Source: an uncultured Acidimicrobiia bacterium
GTDB taxonomy: Bacteria; Actinomycetota; Acidimicrobiia; Acidimicrobiales; CAIXPF01
Reading direction: 5' to 3'
NCBI GenBank assembly: GCA_903921205.1
Contig: CAIXPF010000032.1
Span: 2,710-66,709 of the forward strand
Length of the DNA: 64,000 nucleotides
The position numbers and the translations under genes are program-made. Below, piece after piece: positions 1-8,381 of this stretch. The notes beneath the pieces are model-generated. The model made no database searches. It had not been told where the DNA came from and saw only the letters and a list, made by a program, of their open reading frames with translations. The number at the start of each line of letters is the position of its first letter. Position 1 is the first letter of the stretch.

Positions 1-137
1 GCGGAACAGTCCAGCTCACCTACTACGGACGCCCCCTGTACCGGCACCGTGACGAACCGGCCGGCAGCGCGACGGGCCAGGGTGTCGACAGCCGGTGGTA
101 CCTCGTCGAGCCCGACGGCGACCCGGTCACGGCCTGA
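1..137 (+). CDS. 3' end of a CDS entering from upstream (partial). Looks like a COG4315-type secreted/lipoprotein repeat protein
   Basis: Frame 3 reads GTVQLTYYGRPLYRHRDEPAGSATGQGVDSRWYLVEPDGDPVTA, with TGA at 135-137. I recall the G-x-PLY...D...G-x-G...W-x-V pattern from that repeat family. Third codon positions are GC-rich. Confidence 0.4.
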   Translation, partial: GTVQLTYYGRPLYRHRDEPAGSATGQGVDSRWYLVEPDGDPVTA

Positions 138-182
138 CCCGGACGAACGCGACCCGCACGAACGCGACCCGGCGGGTTCCAG

Positions 183-2381
183 TCAGCCCTGAACGGGTGG
201 TTGGAACGGTGCCGGGTCGAGGAACCGGCGCAGGACGTTGGTGGTGATGGTGGCGACATCGTTGACGTAGCCGTTGTGGGCGAGCGCCCCGTACCACGAG
301 ATCGACCCGACCGAGAACACCGCTCCCCCGGCGGGACCCTCGAAGAACACCACGTCGGAACGGACCTTGGGGTCGTCCTCGAGGATGGCGGTGGCCAGGA
401 ACTCCTCCTTGGTGCGCAGCATCTCGGCGCTGTGGTCGAACGAGGTGGCGAGCACCACCGCATGGGCCGGCGAGCCGAGCGTGCTGTCGAAGCGGTCGAT
501 CTCCTGGCCGGCGGCGCCACCACCGATGCCGAACCCACCGAACACCTCGCCCTCGACACCGTCGAAGATCCATGCCGCACGGCCGTCGATACTCTCCTGG
601 TGACGCCGGTAGGGCGACGCCCGGTCGAAGCCCTGGGCGGCGAACCCGACGCCGACGAGCTGGTTCGGGGCTCGGCCCAGACGGCGCCACAGGCCGCCGT
701 ACTCGCCGCCGAAGGCGTGGTAGTACTCGCCCGGCTCGGCGATCCAGCCCCGGGTCCCGTCCTCGGCCCGACGGACCTCCATCACCCACGGCTCGTCGGC
801 GCTCCACGCCACCCGCCAGTAGAACCCGTTCCCGCCGAGGTACATCAGCCGGCCACCGTCGCCGAGCCAGTCCGCCAGCCCGTCGAGCATCGGCGTCGAC
901 CAGTACTCGGGATGGCTACCGGTCATGACCACGCGGTAGCCGTCGAGCAGCGAGCGGCCCTCGCGGTGCAGGTCGTCGTCGGTGATGACGTCGAACGTCA
1001 CCCCGAGCGCGGTGAGGTAGGCGACGAGGTTGGTGTCGGCGGTGAACGCCCAGCCATCGGCCCCGGGACGCAGGTTCAGCACCGGCCGACGCCGCGACGA
1101 CACCATCACCCCGCTGTGGTCGTCGTGGTACTCGTACATGCTGTAGCCGACCGCCGGATGGTCGCGGATGTAGCGGAACTCCGGCCGCAGGCTCGTGTGC
1201 GCGGCGAAGAACTCGGCGCCGCTGATACTCATGCGGTGGTTGGCGTAGGCCCAGTAGGTGGCGGTGGGCAGCAGCAGCGCCACCGGCGCGGTGGCCGCAC
1301 CCGCTGCCGGGCGTACCACGAACGGGACCCGGTCCACCTCGCCGTCGGCGGCGGTGATCCGGAAGGCGTACAGACCCGAGGGCAGACCGGCCGGTACGGT
1401 CAGGCGGAGGTCGGCCTGCCAGCCGGCATCGGTGAGGTCGTCACGATGGAAGTGGATGGCGCCGTACTGGGCCGGGTCGTCGGCCCAGCGTTGCACCGAG
1501 CCGTCCCAGCACGAGCCGGTCACCGCCCGGGTGGGGCTCTGGTGGGTGCGACCGTGCAGCGACCGCGGCCCGCGGTCGTGCACCGTCACCGTGCCGATCC
1601 CGACCGAGAAGTCCCAGGCCGCCCACTGGTCGTCGTCGGCCGAAGGTGCCTCGCCGAGCAGGTCGCCCGGCGCACGGCCCTGCAGGACCGGGGCCTCGAG
1701 CCGGCCGTCGAAGGAACCGGCGAACACCAGCGGGCCGGGGCCGACCCCGACCCCGACCAGGTCCGGAACCACGGCCTCGGTCACGTCACCGTGCAGCAAC
1801 AGGCGATCGCTGGGCAAGCGGGTGGGCAACGCCTCGTGACGCAGGACGAGCCTGCCGGTGGCCTGGTCGAACCCCGCGGCCACCCGCCACCACCGACGCT
1901 CCGACAACGGACGGGTGGTCTGCACGAACGATTCGGATGCGCCGCCGACCCGCAGACCCGGCCTGCCGTCGTCACCGAGGGACAGCTCGAACCCGCCGAG
2001 GCGGGCCAGCACCTGGCGGCCGCCGCCGAGGCGCGTCGGGTACACCAGCACCTCGAAGGTGAAGCTGCCCAAGCCGCCCAGCCAGGCGTCGGCGGGGATC
2101 TCCACCGACGAGCCGGGCCGCAGCGGCTGGTGACCGACGTCGATCGATTCGGGCCACGACGCCCCGGTGATCGCCCGTTGGTCGAGGACCTCCTCCCGGA
2201 AGCCCGGGCCCTTGGAGGACGGATCGCCGCAGATGGTCCGGACCACGTCCACCCGGCAGGGCCCCGGTCCGGCGCCCGCGTCGGGCTCGGCGCTCATCAT
2301 CAACTCGATCTGGTCCCCGGGCCGGGCGGCGAACGGATCGCAGTAGCCCACCAGGGTCTTGGTCACGACGGCTTTGGACAC
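183..2381 (-). CDS. N,N-dimethylformamidase large-subunit (DmfA2) family protein, 732 aa
   Basis: GTG start. The N-terminal half looks LamG/jelly-roll-like. The C-terminal half carries TATYWAYANH, GSHPEYWS, LMYLGGNGFYWRV, EVRRAEDG, GGLWRR, VGVGFAAQGF and GGAAGQEIDR, which I associate with DmfA2-like proteins. The antisense 810-aa ORF is Arg/Pro/Gly-rich junk. Confidence 0.6.
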   Translation of the reverse strand: MSKAVVTKTLVGYCDPFAARPGDQIELMMSAEPDAGAGPGPCRVDVVRTICGDPSSKGPGFREEVLDQRAITGASWPESIDVGHQPLRPGSSVEIPADAWLGGLGSFTFEVLVYPTRLGGGRQVLARLGGFELSLGDDGRPGLRVGGASESFVQTTRPLSERRWWRVAAGFDQATGRLVLRHEALPTRLPSDRLLLHGDVTEAVVPDLVGVGVGPGPLVFAGSFDGRLEAPVLQGRAPGDLLGEAPSADDDQWAAWDFSVGIGTVTVHDRGPRSLHGRTHQSPTRAVTGSCWDGSVQRWADDPAQYGAIHFHRDDLTDAGWQADLRLTVPAGLPSGLYAFRITAADGEVDRVPFVVRPAAGAATAPVALLLPTATYWAYANHRMSISGAEFFAAHTSLRPEFRYIRDHPAVGYSMYEYHDDHSGVMVSSRRRPVLNLRPGADGWAFTADTNLVAYLTALGVTFDVITDDDLHREGRSLLDGYRVVMTGSHPEYWSTPMLDGLADWLGDGGRLMYLGGNGFYWRVAWSADEPWVMEVRRAEDGTRGWIAEPGEYYHAFGGEYGGLWRRLGRAPNQLVGVGFAAQGFDRASPYRRHQESIDGRAAWIFDGVEGEVFGGFGIGGGAAGQEIDRFDSTLGSPAHAVVLATSFDHSAEMLRTKEEFLATAILEDDPKVRSDVVFFEGPAGGAVFSVGSISWYGALAHNGYVNDVATITTNVLRRFLDPAPFQPPVQG

Positions 2382-2412
2382 GATGTCTGTCTAGCCAGTT
2401 GCGGAACGGCGT

Positions 2413-2829
2413 TCACACCCATCCTCCCTCGGGTGGTTCCCGGCCTTCGAAGACGACCTGCCCGTCGCCGGCCTCGGCGAGCCGTACCCTGCCGTGCAGC
2501 GCCCGTCCGTCGCCGAGCTGCGCCGACAAGCCGTACGTGCGCAGGAAGGGGTCGTGTTCGGGCAGGCGCGCCGACACCCGCCAGGCGCAGCCGTCGTCGG
2601 CCACGGCGACGGTGGCATCCTGCACCGGGGTGAGCCGGCCGTCGAGCCACAGCTTGGCGACCGGGAGCACGCAACCTCGCGGATCGTCCCGCTCGGCCGC
2701 CACAACCCCCGACGGCGGGACGGGGCACCCGGGCGGTGGCCGGTCGCGCTCAGGTCCGTCGTCATGTCCATCGTCATGTCCATCGTCATGCACATCGTCA
2801 TGTCCATCGTCATGTCCATCGTCTGCCAT
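2413..2829 (-). CDS. 138-aa hypothetical protein with an N-terminal His/Asp repeat (MAD-[DGHD]x5). Possible small partner of the downstream DmfA2-like protein
   Basis: This is the in-frame ATG (2829) inside the 522-aa track ORF 2413..3981. A TACACT box lies 7 nt upstream. Third positions are GC-rich. It ends 31 nt before the DmfA2-like start. Sequence: MADDGHDDGHDDVHDDGHDDGHDDGPERDRPPPG...VVFEGREPPEGGWV. Confidence 0.5.
   Translation of the reverse strand: MADDGHDDGHDDVHDDGHDDGHDDGPERDRPPPGCPVPPSGVVAAERDDPRGCVLPVAKLWLDGRLTPVQDATVAVADDGCAWRVSARLPEHDPFLRTYGLSAQLGDGRALHGRVRLAEAGDGQVVFEGREPPEGGWV
2761..2820. repeat. 12-bp tandem repeat x5 (GTCATGTCCATC; unit 3 has 2 substitutions)
   Basis: Read directly. 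On the minus strand each unit encodes D-G-H-D (unit 3 encodes D-V-H-D) in frame with the 2413..2829 ORF. Confidence 0.95.
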
Positions 2830-2836
2830 GGCGGTG

Positions 2837-2842
2837 AGTGTA
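2837..2842 (-). promoter_or_regulatory. -10 box TACACT, 7 nt before ATG 2829 (leaderless-type promoter)
   Basis: TANNNT at leaderless spacing. Part of the window-wide pattern. Confidence 0.4.
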
Positions 2843-2843
2843 T

Positions 2844-2857
2844 CGAACACGTGTTCG
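2844..2857. promoter_or_regulatory. Perfect 14-bp palindrome CGAACACGTGTTCG between two divergent promoters (candidate operator)
   Basis: Self-complementary sequence in a locally AT-richer 72-bp divergent spacer (2830-2901). Confidence 0.35.
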
Positions 2858-2889
2858 TTATTCGATAGGAATTGCCGCACCGGGTCGGA

Positions 2890-2895
2890 TACGGT
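2890..2895 (+). promoter_or_regulatory. -10 box TACGGT, 6 nt before ATG 2902 (leaderless-type promoter)
   Basis: TANNNT at leaderless spacing. Confidence 0.4.
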
Positions 2896-2901
2896 GCAGC
2901 C

Positions 2902-3771
2902 ATGCCCGAGCCGGAAGCCGCACCTGCAGCGCTCGCCCTGTCCTTCGAGGTCGAGGGCCGTCGGATCACCGGGCTCGACTGGGGCGGCTCCGGGCCGGAC
3001 GTCCTCCTGCTGCACCCCAACGGGTTCTGTGCCGGCATCTTCGACCCGGTGGTGGCCCACCTCACCGACCGGTTCCGCTGCTTCGGGTTGGACCTGTGTG
3101 GGCACGGCGGCTCCGACGGTCCGGCCGACCTCGACCGCTTCACCATGGAGGGCATCGCCGAAGACGTCGCCACGGTGCTCGACCATCGGCCCGGTTCGTC
3201 GGTGCGGGTGGTGGGGCACTCGCTCGGCGGCGTCGTCGCCACCCTGCTGGCGGCCATCCGCCCGCAACGGGTCGCGCAACTGGTCCTGCTCGAACCGGTG
3301 ATCATCCCGCCACCCCCGCTCAGCGACCGCACCGAGGGGCCCTCGCCGATGTCCGAGGCGGCAGGCAGACGCCGTCGGGTCTGGACATCGCGTGACGAGA
3401 TGCGCGAGCGCTTTCGCACCGTCGCCCCGCTTTCGGGGTTCGATCCGGCTGCGCTCGAGGCCTACCTGCGCCACGGCGTACGCGATCGGCCCGATGGCCA
3501 GGTCGAACTGGCCTGCGACCCGGCCATGGAGGCAGCGGTGTTCGCGTGTACGCCCGGCCCACGCGGCGGCTGGCCGGCGTGGGAGCACCTCCCCCGCCTC
3601 ACCGCGCCGCTCACCATCGTGTCCGGCCGCGACACCAATCTGCCCGACGGACTGTTCGAGCAGCAGGCGCGCCATGCCGGCTGTGACCATCTCCGGGCCG
3701 ACGGCGGCCATCTGTTCCCCCAGGAGCAACCGGTGGCCACCGCGGCGCTGCTGGCCTCGCTGCTGCGCTGA
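2902..3771 (+). CDS. alpha/beta-fold hydrolase, 289 aa
   Basis: HPNGFC oxyanion-like segment, nucleophile elbow GHSLGG and a C-terminal GGHLFPQE. The start was moved from 2872 to ATG 2902 because of the TACGGT box. Confidence 0.8.
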   Translation: MPEPEAAPAALALSFEVEGRRITGLDWGGSGPDVLLLHPNGFCAGIFDPVVAHLTDRFRCFGLDLCGHGGSDGPADLDRFTMEGIAEDVATVLDHRPGSSVRVVGHSLGGVVATLLAAIRPQRVAQLVLLEPVIIPPPPLSDRTEGPSPMSEAAGRRRRVWTSRDEMRERFRTVAPLSGFDPAALEAYLRHGVRDRPDGQVELACDPAMEAAVFACTPGPRGGWPAWEHLPRLTAPLTIVSGRDTNLPDGLFEQQARHAGCDHLRADGGHLFPQEQPVATAALLASLLR

Positions 3772-3779
3772 AGGGGTCC

Positions 3780-4442
3780 TCAGGACTGTTCTGGATGGAC
3801 CTCCGCCGGGTTGCGCCGGGCCCGGAGGTGACGGATGACCTCGATCACCACGGTCACGCCGACCGCGGCGGTGAAGGCGACGAGGAAGGCGAGCGTGTGG
3901 TTGTCCTCGAACGTCTTGCCGCCCACGAAGCCGAGCAACGCGGCGTAGGTCGCCCAGATCGCGGAGGCCAGCAGGTCCCACAGGGCGAAGCGCCGGCGCG
4001 GCTGGCGGGTGACCCCCGACGACACCGTCACCGCCGTGCGGCCGCCGGGGATGAACCGGGCCGTGACCAGCAACTGGCCGCCGCGGATCGTCAGCTGCCG
4101 GGCAGCCCAGTCCAGCCGCCGCTGGCCCTTGTCACCACGGAACATGGTGCGCCGCAACAGGCCCTCGGCCGAGATGCCGAGCTGGTAGGCGGCGTTGTCG
4201 CCGAGGAAGGCGCCGAGCCCGCCGCAGAGGATCACCAGAGCCAGGTTCTGGTCGCCCTGGCCGGCGGCGACCCCGCCGATGATCACCAGCGTCTCGCTGG
4301 GCACCACCGGCACCACCGAGTCGGCGAAGGCGATCAGGAAGATCACCAGGAGGAACGACGGCGAACCCGACAGGCTCGCCAGACGATCGAAGAAGTCTCC
4401 GAGGAAAGCAGCGATCACGGGCGGACGGACTCCACAACGCAA
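3780..4442 (-). CDS. DedA/SNARE-associated family membrane protein
   Basis: Multi-TM protein with VVPVVPSETLVIIGG and ARFIPGGRT motifs typical of DedA. The start is uncertain: TTG 4442 or GTG 4418. Confidence 0.8.
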   Translation of the reverse strand: MRCGVRPPVIAAFLGDFFDRLASLSGSPSFLLVIFLIAFADSVVPVVPSETLVIIGGVAAGQGDQNLALVILCGGLGAFLGDNAAYQLGISAEGLLRRTMFRGDKGQRRLDWAARQLTIRGGQLLVTARFIPGGRTAVTVSSGVTRQPRRRFALWDLLASAIWATYAALLGFVGGKTFEDNHTLAFLVAFTAAVGVTVVIEVIRHLRARRNPAEVHPEQS

Positions 4443-4542
4443 GGGTAGTGACCGGCTGCAGCCCTCGGCGCGCTCAGCCCGGCGGTGCGGTCACGCAGGT
4501 GCGGTCACGCGGGTTCCGTCAGACGCCTTCGGCCCGGCAGGT

Positions 4543-6540
4543 TCAACGCACCGTCGAGGACCCGGGACGGGCGAAGCCGACCGCGGCGTAGATGTCGGGC
4601 TCGTCGAGGGTCTCACGCTCGAGCAGCAGCCTGGCCAGCGCCTCGAGCCGCTCCCGGTGATCGGCGAGCAGGCCGAGGGCGATCACGTAGCACTCGTCGA
4701 TGATGCGACGCACCTCCTCGTCGACCAGCTGCTGGGTCCGCGGCGAGGTCGCGTCGACGCCGGGCAGCAGCGGACCGTCCCCGGGCCGGGGCAGCACGGC
4801 GACCGGCCCGATGACCGCCGACATGCCCCACCGGCCCACCATCTGCCGGGCGATCTGGGTGACCTTCTCGAGATCGGACTCGGCGCCGGTGGTCACGTTG
4901 CCGTACACCAGCTCCTCCGCCGCCCGGCCACCGAGGGTCATGACGATGCGGCCACGCAGGTAGGCCTCGTCGTAGTCGTAACGATCCGCCTCCGGCGCCT
5001 GCAGCGTGACACCCAGCGAGGCACCGCGGGGAATGATCGAGACCTTGCGCACCGGGTCGGCGGGGTTCATCAGGATCCCGGTCACGGCATGGCCGGATTC
5101 ATGCACTGCGGTGCGTTCCCGTTCAGCGGGGCTGACCGTGATGGCCCGGGCGGTACCCAGCATCACCTTGTCGAACGCGTCGGTGAAGTCGGCCTGACAG
5201 ACACGCACGCGCCGACGCCGGGCTGCCAGCAGCGCCGCCTCGTTGACCAGGTTGCGCAGGTCGGCACCGACCATGCCCGGGGTCGACGCCGCCACGGCGG
5301 CGAGGTCCACGTCGGCGTCGAGGGGCACCTGGCGGGTGTGCACGGTCAGAATCGCCCGGCGGCCCACGATGTCGGGCGGGTTGACCACGACATGACGGTC
5401 GAACCGGCCCGGCCGCAGCAGCGCCGGGTCGAGGATCTCGGGCCGGTTGGTGGCGGCCAGCACGATGACCCCGGCAGCCCCGGCGAACCCGTCCATCTCG
5501 GTCAGGATCTGGTTGAGGGTCTGCTCGCGCTCGTCGTGACCGCCGATGCCCGCGCCGGAGCTGCGGGCCCGGCCGATGGCGTCGAGCTCGTCGATGAACA
5601 TGATCGCCGGGGCAGCCTTCTTGGCCTGCTCGAAGAGGTCACGCACCCGGGAGGCGCCGACGCCGACGATCATCTCGACGAACTCCGATGCCGACAGGGA
5701 GAAGAACGGCACCCCGGCCTCGCCGGCCACCGCCCGGGCCAGCAAGGTCTTGCCCGTCCCGGGCGGACCGGACAGCAGCACCCCACGCGGGATGGTCGCA
5801 CCGAGCCGCTGGTAGCGCTCGGGGTTGCGCAGGAAGTCGACGATCTCGATCAGCTCGTCCTCGGCCTCGTCGATGCCGGCGACGTCGGCGAAGGTGGCCC
5901 GTTTGGGCTCGTTGTCGACCCGCTTGGCCCGCGACCTGCCCATCCCGGTGAGCGCACCGGCACCGCCTCGCCGGAACATCGCCACGAACAGCCCGACCAG
6001 CAGCACCGTCGGACCGAACCCGAACAGCAGGTTCTGCCAGAACGGCACGGGTCGGGTCAGCGACTGGGCGTTGACCGTGACCCCCTTCGCCAGCAGCAGG
6101 TCGATCACCTTGTCGTCGCCGAGGCTGGGCCGTTCGGTGCGGAACAACGTGACCGCCGCACCCGTGCCGCTCCGGGGGTTGTCGGCACCGTCGCCGCCCG
6201 GTTTCACCGGGGCCAGGAACGAGCCCTCGATGGCGCTGCCGACCGAGGTGACCTCCTCGACGTTGCCGGCGTCGACCTCGGTGCGGAACTGGCTGTAGGA
6301 CACCCTCGCCCGGGTCGCGGCCTGTCCACCGGCGAACCAGCTGTAGATGAACCAGTTCATCAGCAGCAGCCCGAGCAGGATGATCCAGAAGCGGGGTTCG
6401 CGTGGCAACAGGCCGGCGCCGGAGGGGCGCGGCGCGAGCTGCGGGGGGTCCTCGGGCAGCCCCTCCACGCGCCACGACGGCGGGGAACCCTGACGGTCCT
6501 CCTCCGGGACGATCCTCGATGTGCTGTCGGAATCCGACAC
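4543..6540 (-). CDS. ftsH: ATP-dependent zinc metalloprotease FtsH
   Basis: Walker A GPPGTGKT, Walker [12 protein letters not shown] region and zinc motif HESGHAV. GTG 6540 is preceded by AGGAGG (6545-6550). The longest ORF starts at ATG 6594. Confidence 0.9.
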   Translation of the reverse strand: MSDSDSTSRIVPEEDRQGSPPSWRVEGLPEDPPQLAPRPSGAGLLPREPRFWIILLGLLLMNWFIYSWFAGGQAATRARVSYSQFRTEVDAGNVEEVTSVGSAIEGSFLAPVKPGGDGADNPRSGTGAAVTLFRTERPSLGDDKVIDLLLAKGVTVNAQSLTRPVPFWQNLLFGFGPTVLLVGLFVAMFRRGGAGALTGMGRSRAKRVDNEPKRATFADVAGIDEAEDELIEIVDFLRNPERYQRLGATIPRGVLLSGPPGTGKTLLARAVAGEAGVPFFSLSASEFVEMIVGVGASRVRDLFEQAKKAAPAIMFIDELDAIGRARSSGAGIGGHDEREQTLNQILTEMDGFAGAAGVIVLAATNRPEILDPALLRPGRFDRHVVVNPPDIVGRRAILTVHTRQVPLDADVDLAAVAASTPGMVGADLRNLVNEAALLAARRRRVRVCQADFTDAFDKVMLGTARAITVSPAERERTAVHESGHAVTGILMNPADPVRKVSIIPRGASLGVTLQAPEADRYDYDEAYLRGRIVMTLGGRAAEELVYGNVTTGAESDLEKVTQIARQMVGRWGMSAVIGPVAVLPRPGDGPLLPGVDATSPRTQQLVDEEVRRIIDECYVIALGLLADHRERLEALARLLLERETLDEPDIYAAVGFARPGSSTVR

Positions 6541-6610
6541 CCGACCTCCTGGGCAGTCCGCCCGAGTATCGGCACGTCGGCAGCCCGGGTACATCCCCTA
6601 TCGGGTCAGC

Positions 6611-6642
6611 CGGTCACCGTCGGTCACCGTCGGTCATGACCG
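6611..6642. repeat. Three tandem 10-mers (CGGTCACCGT x2, CGGTCATGAC), ending in the 12-bp palindrome CGGTCATGACCG
   Basis: Read directly in the divergent ftsH / beta-propeller spacer. Confidence 0.9.
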
Positions 6643-6677
6643 GCACGTCAGGTGGCAACCGGCTCCGGGCTGTGGGC

Positions 6678-6683
6678 TAGCCT
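6678..6683 (+). promoter_or_regulatory. -10 box TAGCCT, 6 nt before GTG 6690
   Basis: TANNNT at leaderless spacing. Confidence 0.4.
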
Positions 6684-6689
6684 GTACCG

Positions 6690-7940
6690 GTGCTGTCGCG
6701 GCAACGGCTCCGCCTGATCACGTGTCTCCTCGGAGCCGGCGCCGCCGCTCTCGCGGCCTGTTCCCCCGTCCCCGACCGGGTGAGCACCGACGGTCGGGCC
6801 GATGTAGCCGTCGCCGCTGCGGACGGCACCGACGGCTCGCCCGCAGCACCGCCGCCCGCAGGGACCGTCGTCGCCGAGACGCCGCCTGCCGGCATCACCA
6901 CGGCCGCCGGCACCCCGACCACCACTCCTCCGGTACCGACCACCGCCGCACCGCTCGATCTGTACGCCTTCACCCGAGCCGGCATGCTGGCCCCGCAGGT
7001 GGTGGGGGTGACGCCGCTGGTCTACGTACCCAACAGCGATGCCCATTCGCTCACGATCATCAACCCGGCCAACGGCGAGGTGGTGCGCACCCTGCCGGTC
7101 GGGCTGCTCCCCCACCACGTGACGCCGAGCTGGGATCTGTCCACGCTGTACGTGCTCGACACCGCCGGCAACGCCCTGTTCCCGATCAAGCCGGGCACGA
7201 CCGAGATCGGGGCGGGCATCCCCGTCGAGGACCCCTACAACCTGTACTTCACCCCGGACGGGCGGTACGCGCTGGTGATCGCCGAGCGCTACCAGCGCAT
7301 CGACATCCGCGACCCGGTGAGCTGGAAGCTGCTGCACACCATCCCGGTCCCCCATCCCGGGGTGAACCACGGCGACTTCTCACCCGACGGCCGGTACTTC
7401 TACGCCAGCTGCGAGTTCTCCGGCTGGGTGGTCAAGGTCGACCTCGTCGAGCTGCGGGTGGTGACCGAGGCAAAGGTCGGGATCGAGCCGATCGACGTCA
7501 AGTTCTCACCCGACGCCACCCGCCTCTTCGTCGCCGACCAGGCCCGCGCCGGCGTCCTGGTGCTCGATCCGGGCGATCTGCACGAGATCGGCTTCATCCC
7601 CACCGCCCGGGGCACCCACGGCCTGTACCCGTCACGCGACGGCAAGAAGCTGTACGCCACCAATCGCCTCGGCAGCTCGGTGTCGGTGATCGACTTCGCC
7701 ACCAACCAGGTGGTGGCCACCTGGCCCATACCGGGTGGCGGGTCGCCGGACATGGGTTCGGTCTCCCCCGACGGCAGCCAGTTCTGGGTAAGCGGCCGTT
7801 ACCACAGCGAGGTCTACGTGTTCGACACGGTGACCGGCCAGGTGACGATGAAGATCAAGGCCGGTGGCGGTGCCCACGGCCTGACCTACTTCCCGCAGCC
7901 GGGCCGCTACAGCATGGGCCACACCGGCAACTACCGCTGA
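6690..7940 (+). CDS. YncE/YVTN-type beta-propeller repeat lipoprotein
   Basis: Signal peptide with lipobox (LAAC), followed by an Ala/Pro/Thr linker. Repeated propeller blades follow (FTPDGRY, FSPDGRY, FSPDATRLF, PSRDGKKLY, VSPDGSQFW). Confidence 0.75.
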   Translation: MLSRQRLRLITCLLGAGAAALAACSPVPDRVSTDGRADVAVAAADGTDGSPAAPPPAGTVVAETPPAGITTAAGTPTTTPPVPTTAAPLDLYAFTRAGMLAPQVVGVTPLVYVPNSDAHSLTIINPANGEVVRTLPVGLLPHHVTPSWDLSTLYVLDTAGNALFPIKPGTTEIGAGIPVEDPYNLYFTPDGRYALVIAERYQRIDIRDPVSWKLLHTIPVPHPGVNHGDFSPDGRYFYASCEFSGWVVKVDLVELRVVTEAKVGIEPIDVKFSPDATRLFVADQARAGVLVLDPGDLHEIGFIPTARGTHGLYPSRDGKKLYATNRLGSSVSVIDFATNQVVATWPIPGGGSPDMGSVSPDGSQFWVSGRYHSEVYVFDTVTGQVTMKIKAGGGAHGLTYFPQPGRYSMGHTGNYR

Positions 7941-7953
7941 AGGGACCGCACGG

Positions 7954-7959
7954 TAGCGT
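7954..7959 (+). promoter_or_regulatory. -10 box TAGCGT, 8 nt before ATG 7968
   Basis: TANNNT at leaderless spacing. Confidence 0.35.
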
Positions 7960-7967
7960 CGGGCGCC

Positions 7968-8342
7968 ATGGCTACCTACGAAGAGGGTCTGGAGATCCGC
8001 CGCGCCGTGCTCGGCGCCGAGTACGTCGATGCCGCCGTCGAGGGTGCCGACGACTTCACCCGGCCGCTGCAGGAGCTGGTGACCACCTACGCCTGGGGTG
8101 CGGTGTGGGGTCGCACCGAGCTCGACCGCCGCACCCGGAGCATGCTCAACCTGGCCATGCTCACCGCCCTGGGCAAGCCCCACGAGCTGCGCCTGCACGT
8201 GCGTGGCGCCATCACGAACGGGGTCACGCCGCAGGAGATCCGCGAGGTGCTGCTGCAGACCGCGATCTACTGCGGGGTCCCGGCCGCCATCGATGCCTTT
8301 CGCACCGCCCACGACGAGCTGAAGCAGCTCGGGGTCCTCTGA
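7968..8342 (+). CDS. carboxymuconolactone decarboxylase family protein (PcaC-like)
   Basis: 124 aa with AWGAVWGR...LDRRTRSMLNLAMLTALG...ELRLHVRGA...EVLLQTAIYCGVPAA, the pattern typical of gamma-carboxymuconolactone decarboxylases. No other pca genes are adjacent. Confidence 0.7.
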   Translation: MATYEEGLEIRRAVLGAEYVDAAVEGADDFTRPLQELVTTYAWGAVWGRTELDRRTRSMLNLAMLTALGKPHELRLHVRGAITNGVTPQEIREVLLQTAIYCGVPAAIDAFRTAHDELKQLGVL

Positions 8343-8381
8343 TGGATCCTGCCCGGCACCGGCGCCGATAGGCACCGCCAG

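Noticed and set aside
143-171. Direct repeat ACGAACGCGACCCG x2 (15-bp period) between the first partial CDS and the DmfA2-like gene end.
   Set aside because: It has only two copies in a 45-bp convergent spacer, with no stem-loop or other supporting context. It is most simply a trivial duplication.
201-2633. Long antisense or shadow ORFs opposite recognisable genes. Examples: 201..2633 +, 4195..6639 +, 7632..9134 -, 13808..15823 +, 16237..17907 -, 19927..22713 -, 34170..37994 +, 40228..42177 -, 43056..44894 -, 47673..49265 +, 51297..53267 +, 59116..61395 +.
   Set aside because: Their translations are Arg/Pro/Gly/Ala-rich with no recognisable motifs. Each is fully overlapped by a gene on the other strand that has clear family signatures and GC-rich third positions. 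This is the usual open-frame artefact of roughly 70% GC DNA.
2761-2820. Alternative readings of the 12-bp repeat: MDMTMDMT... in the frame of track ORF 2391..3419 on the minus strand, and VMSIVMSIV... on the plus strand.
   Set aside because: Those frames have no plausible start context or continuation. The DGHD frame continues into a protein-like, GC3-rich sequence with a -10 box at leaderless distance.
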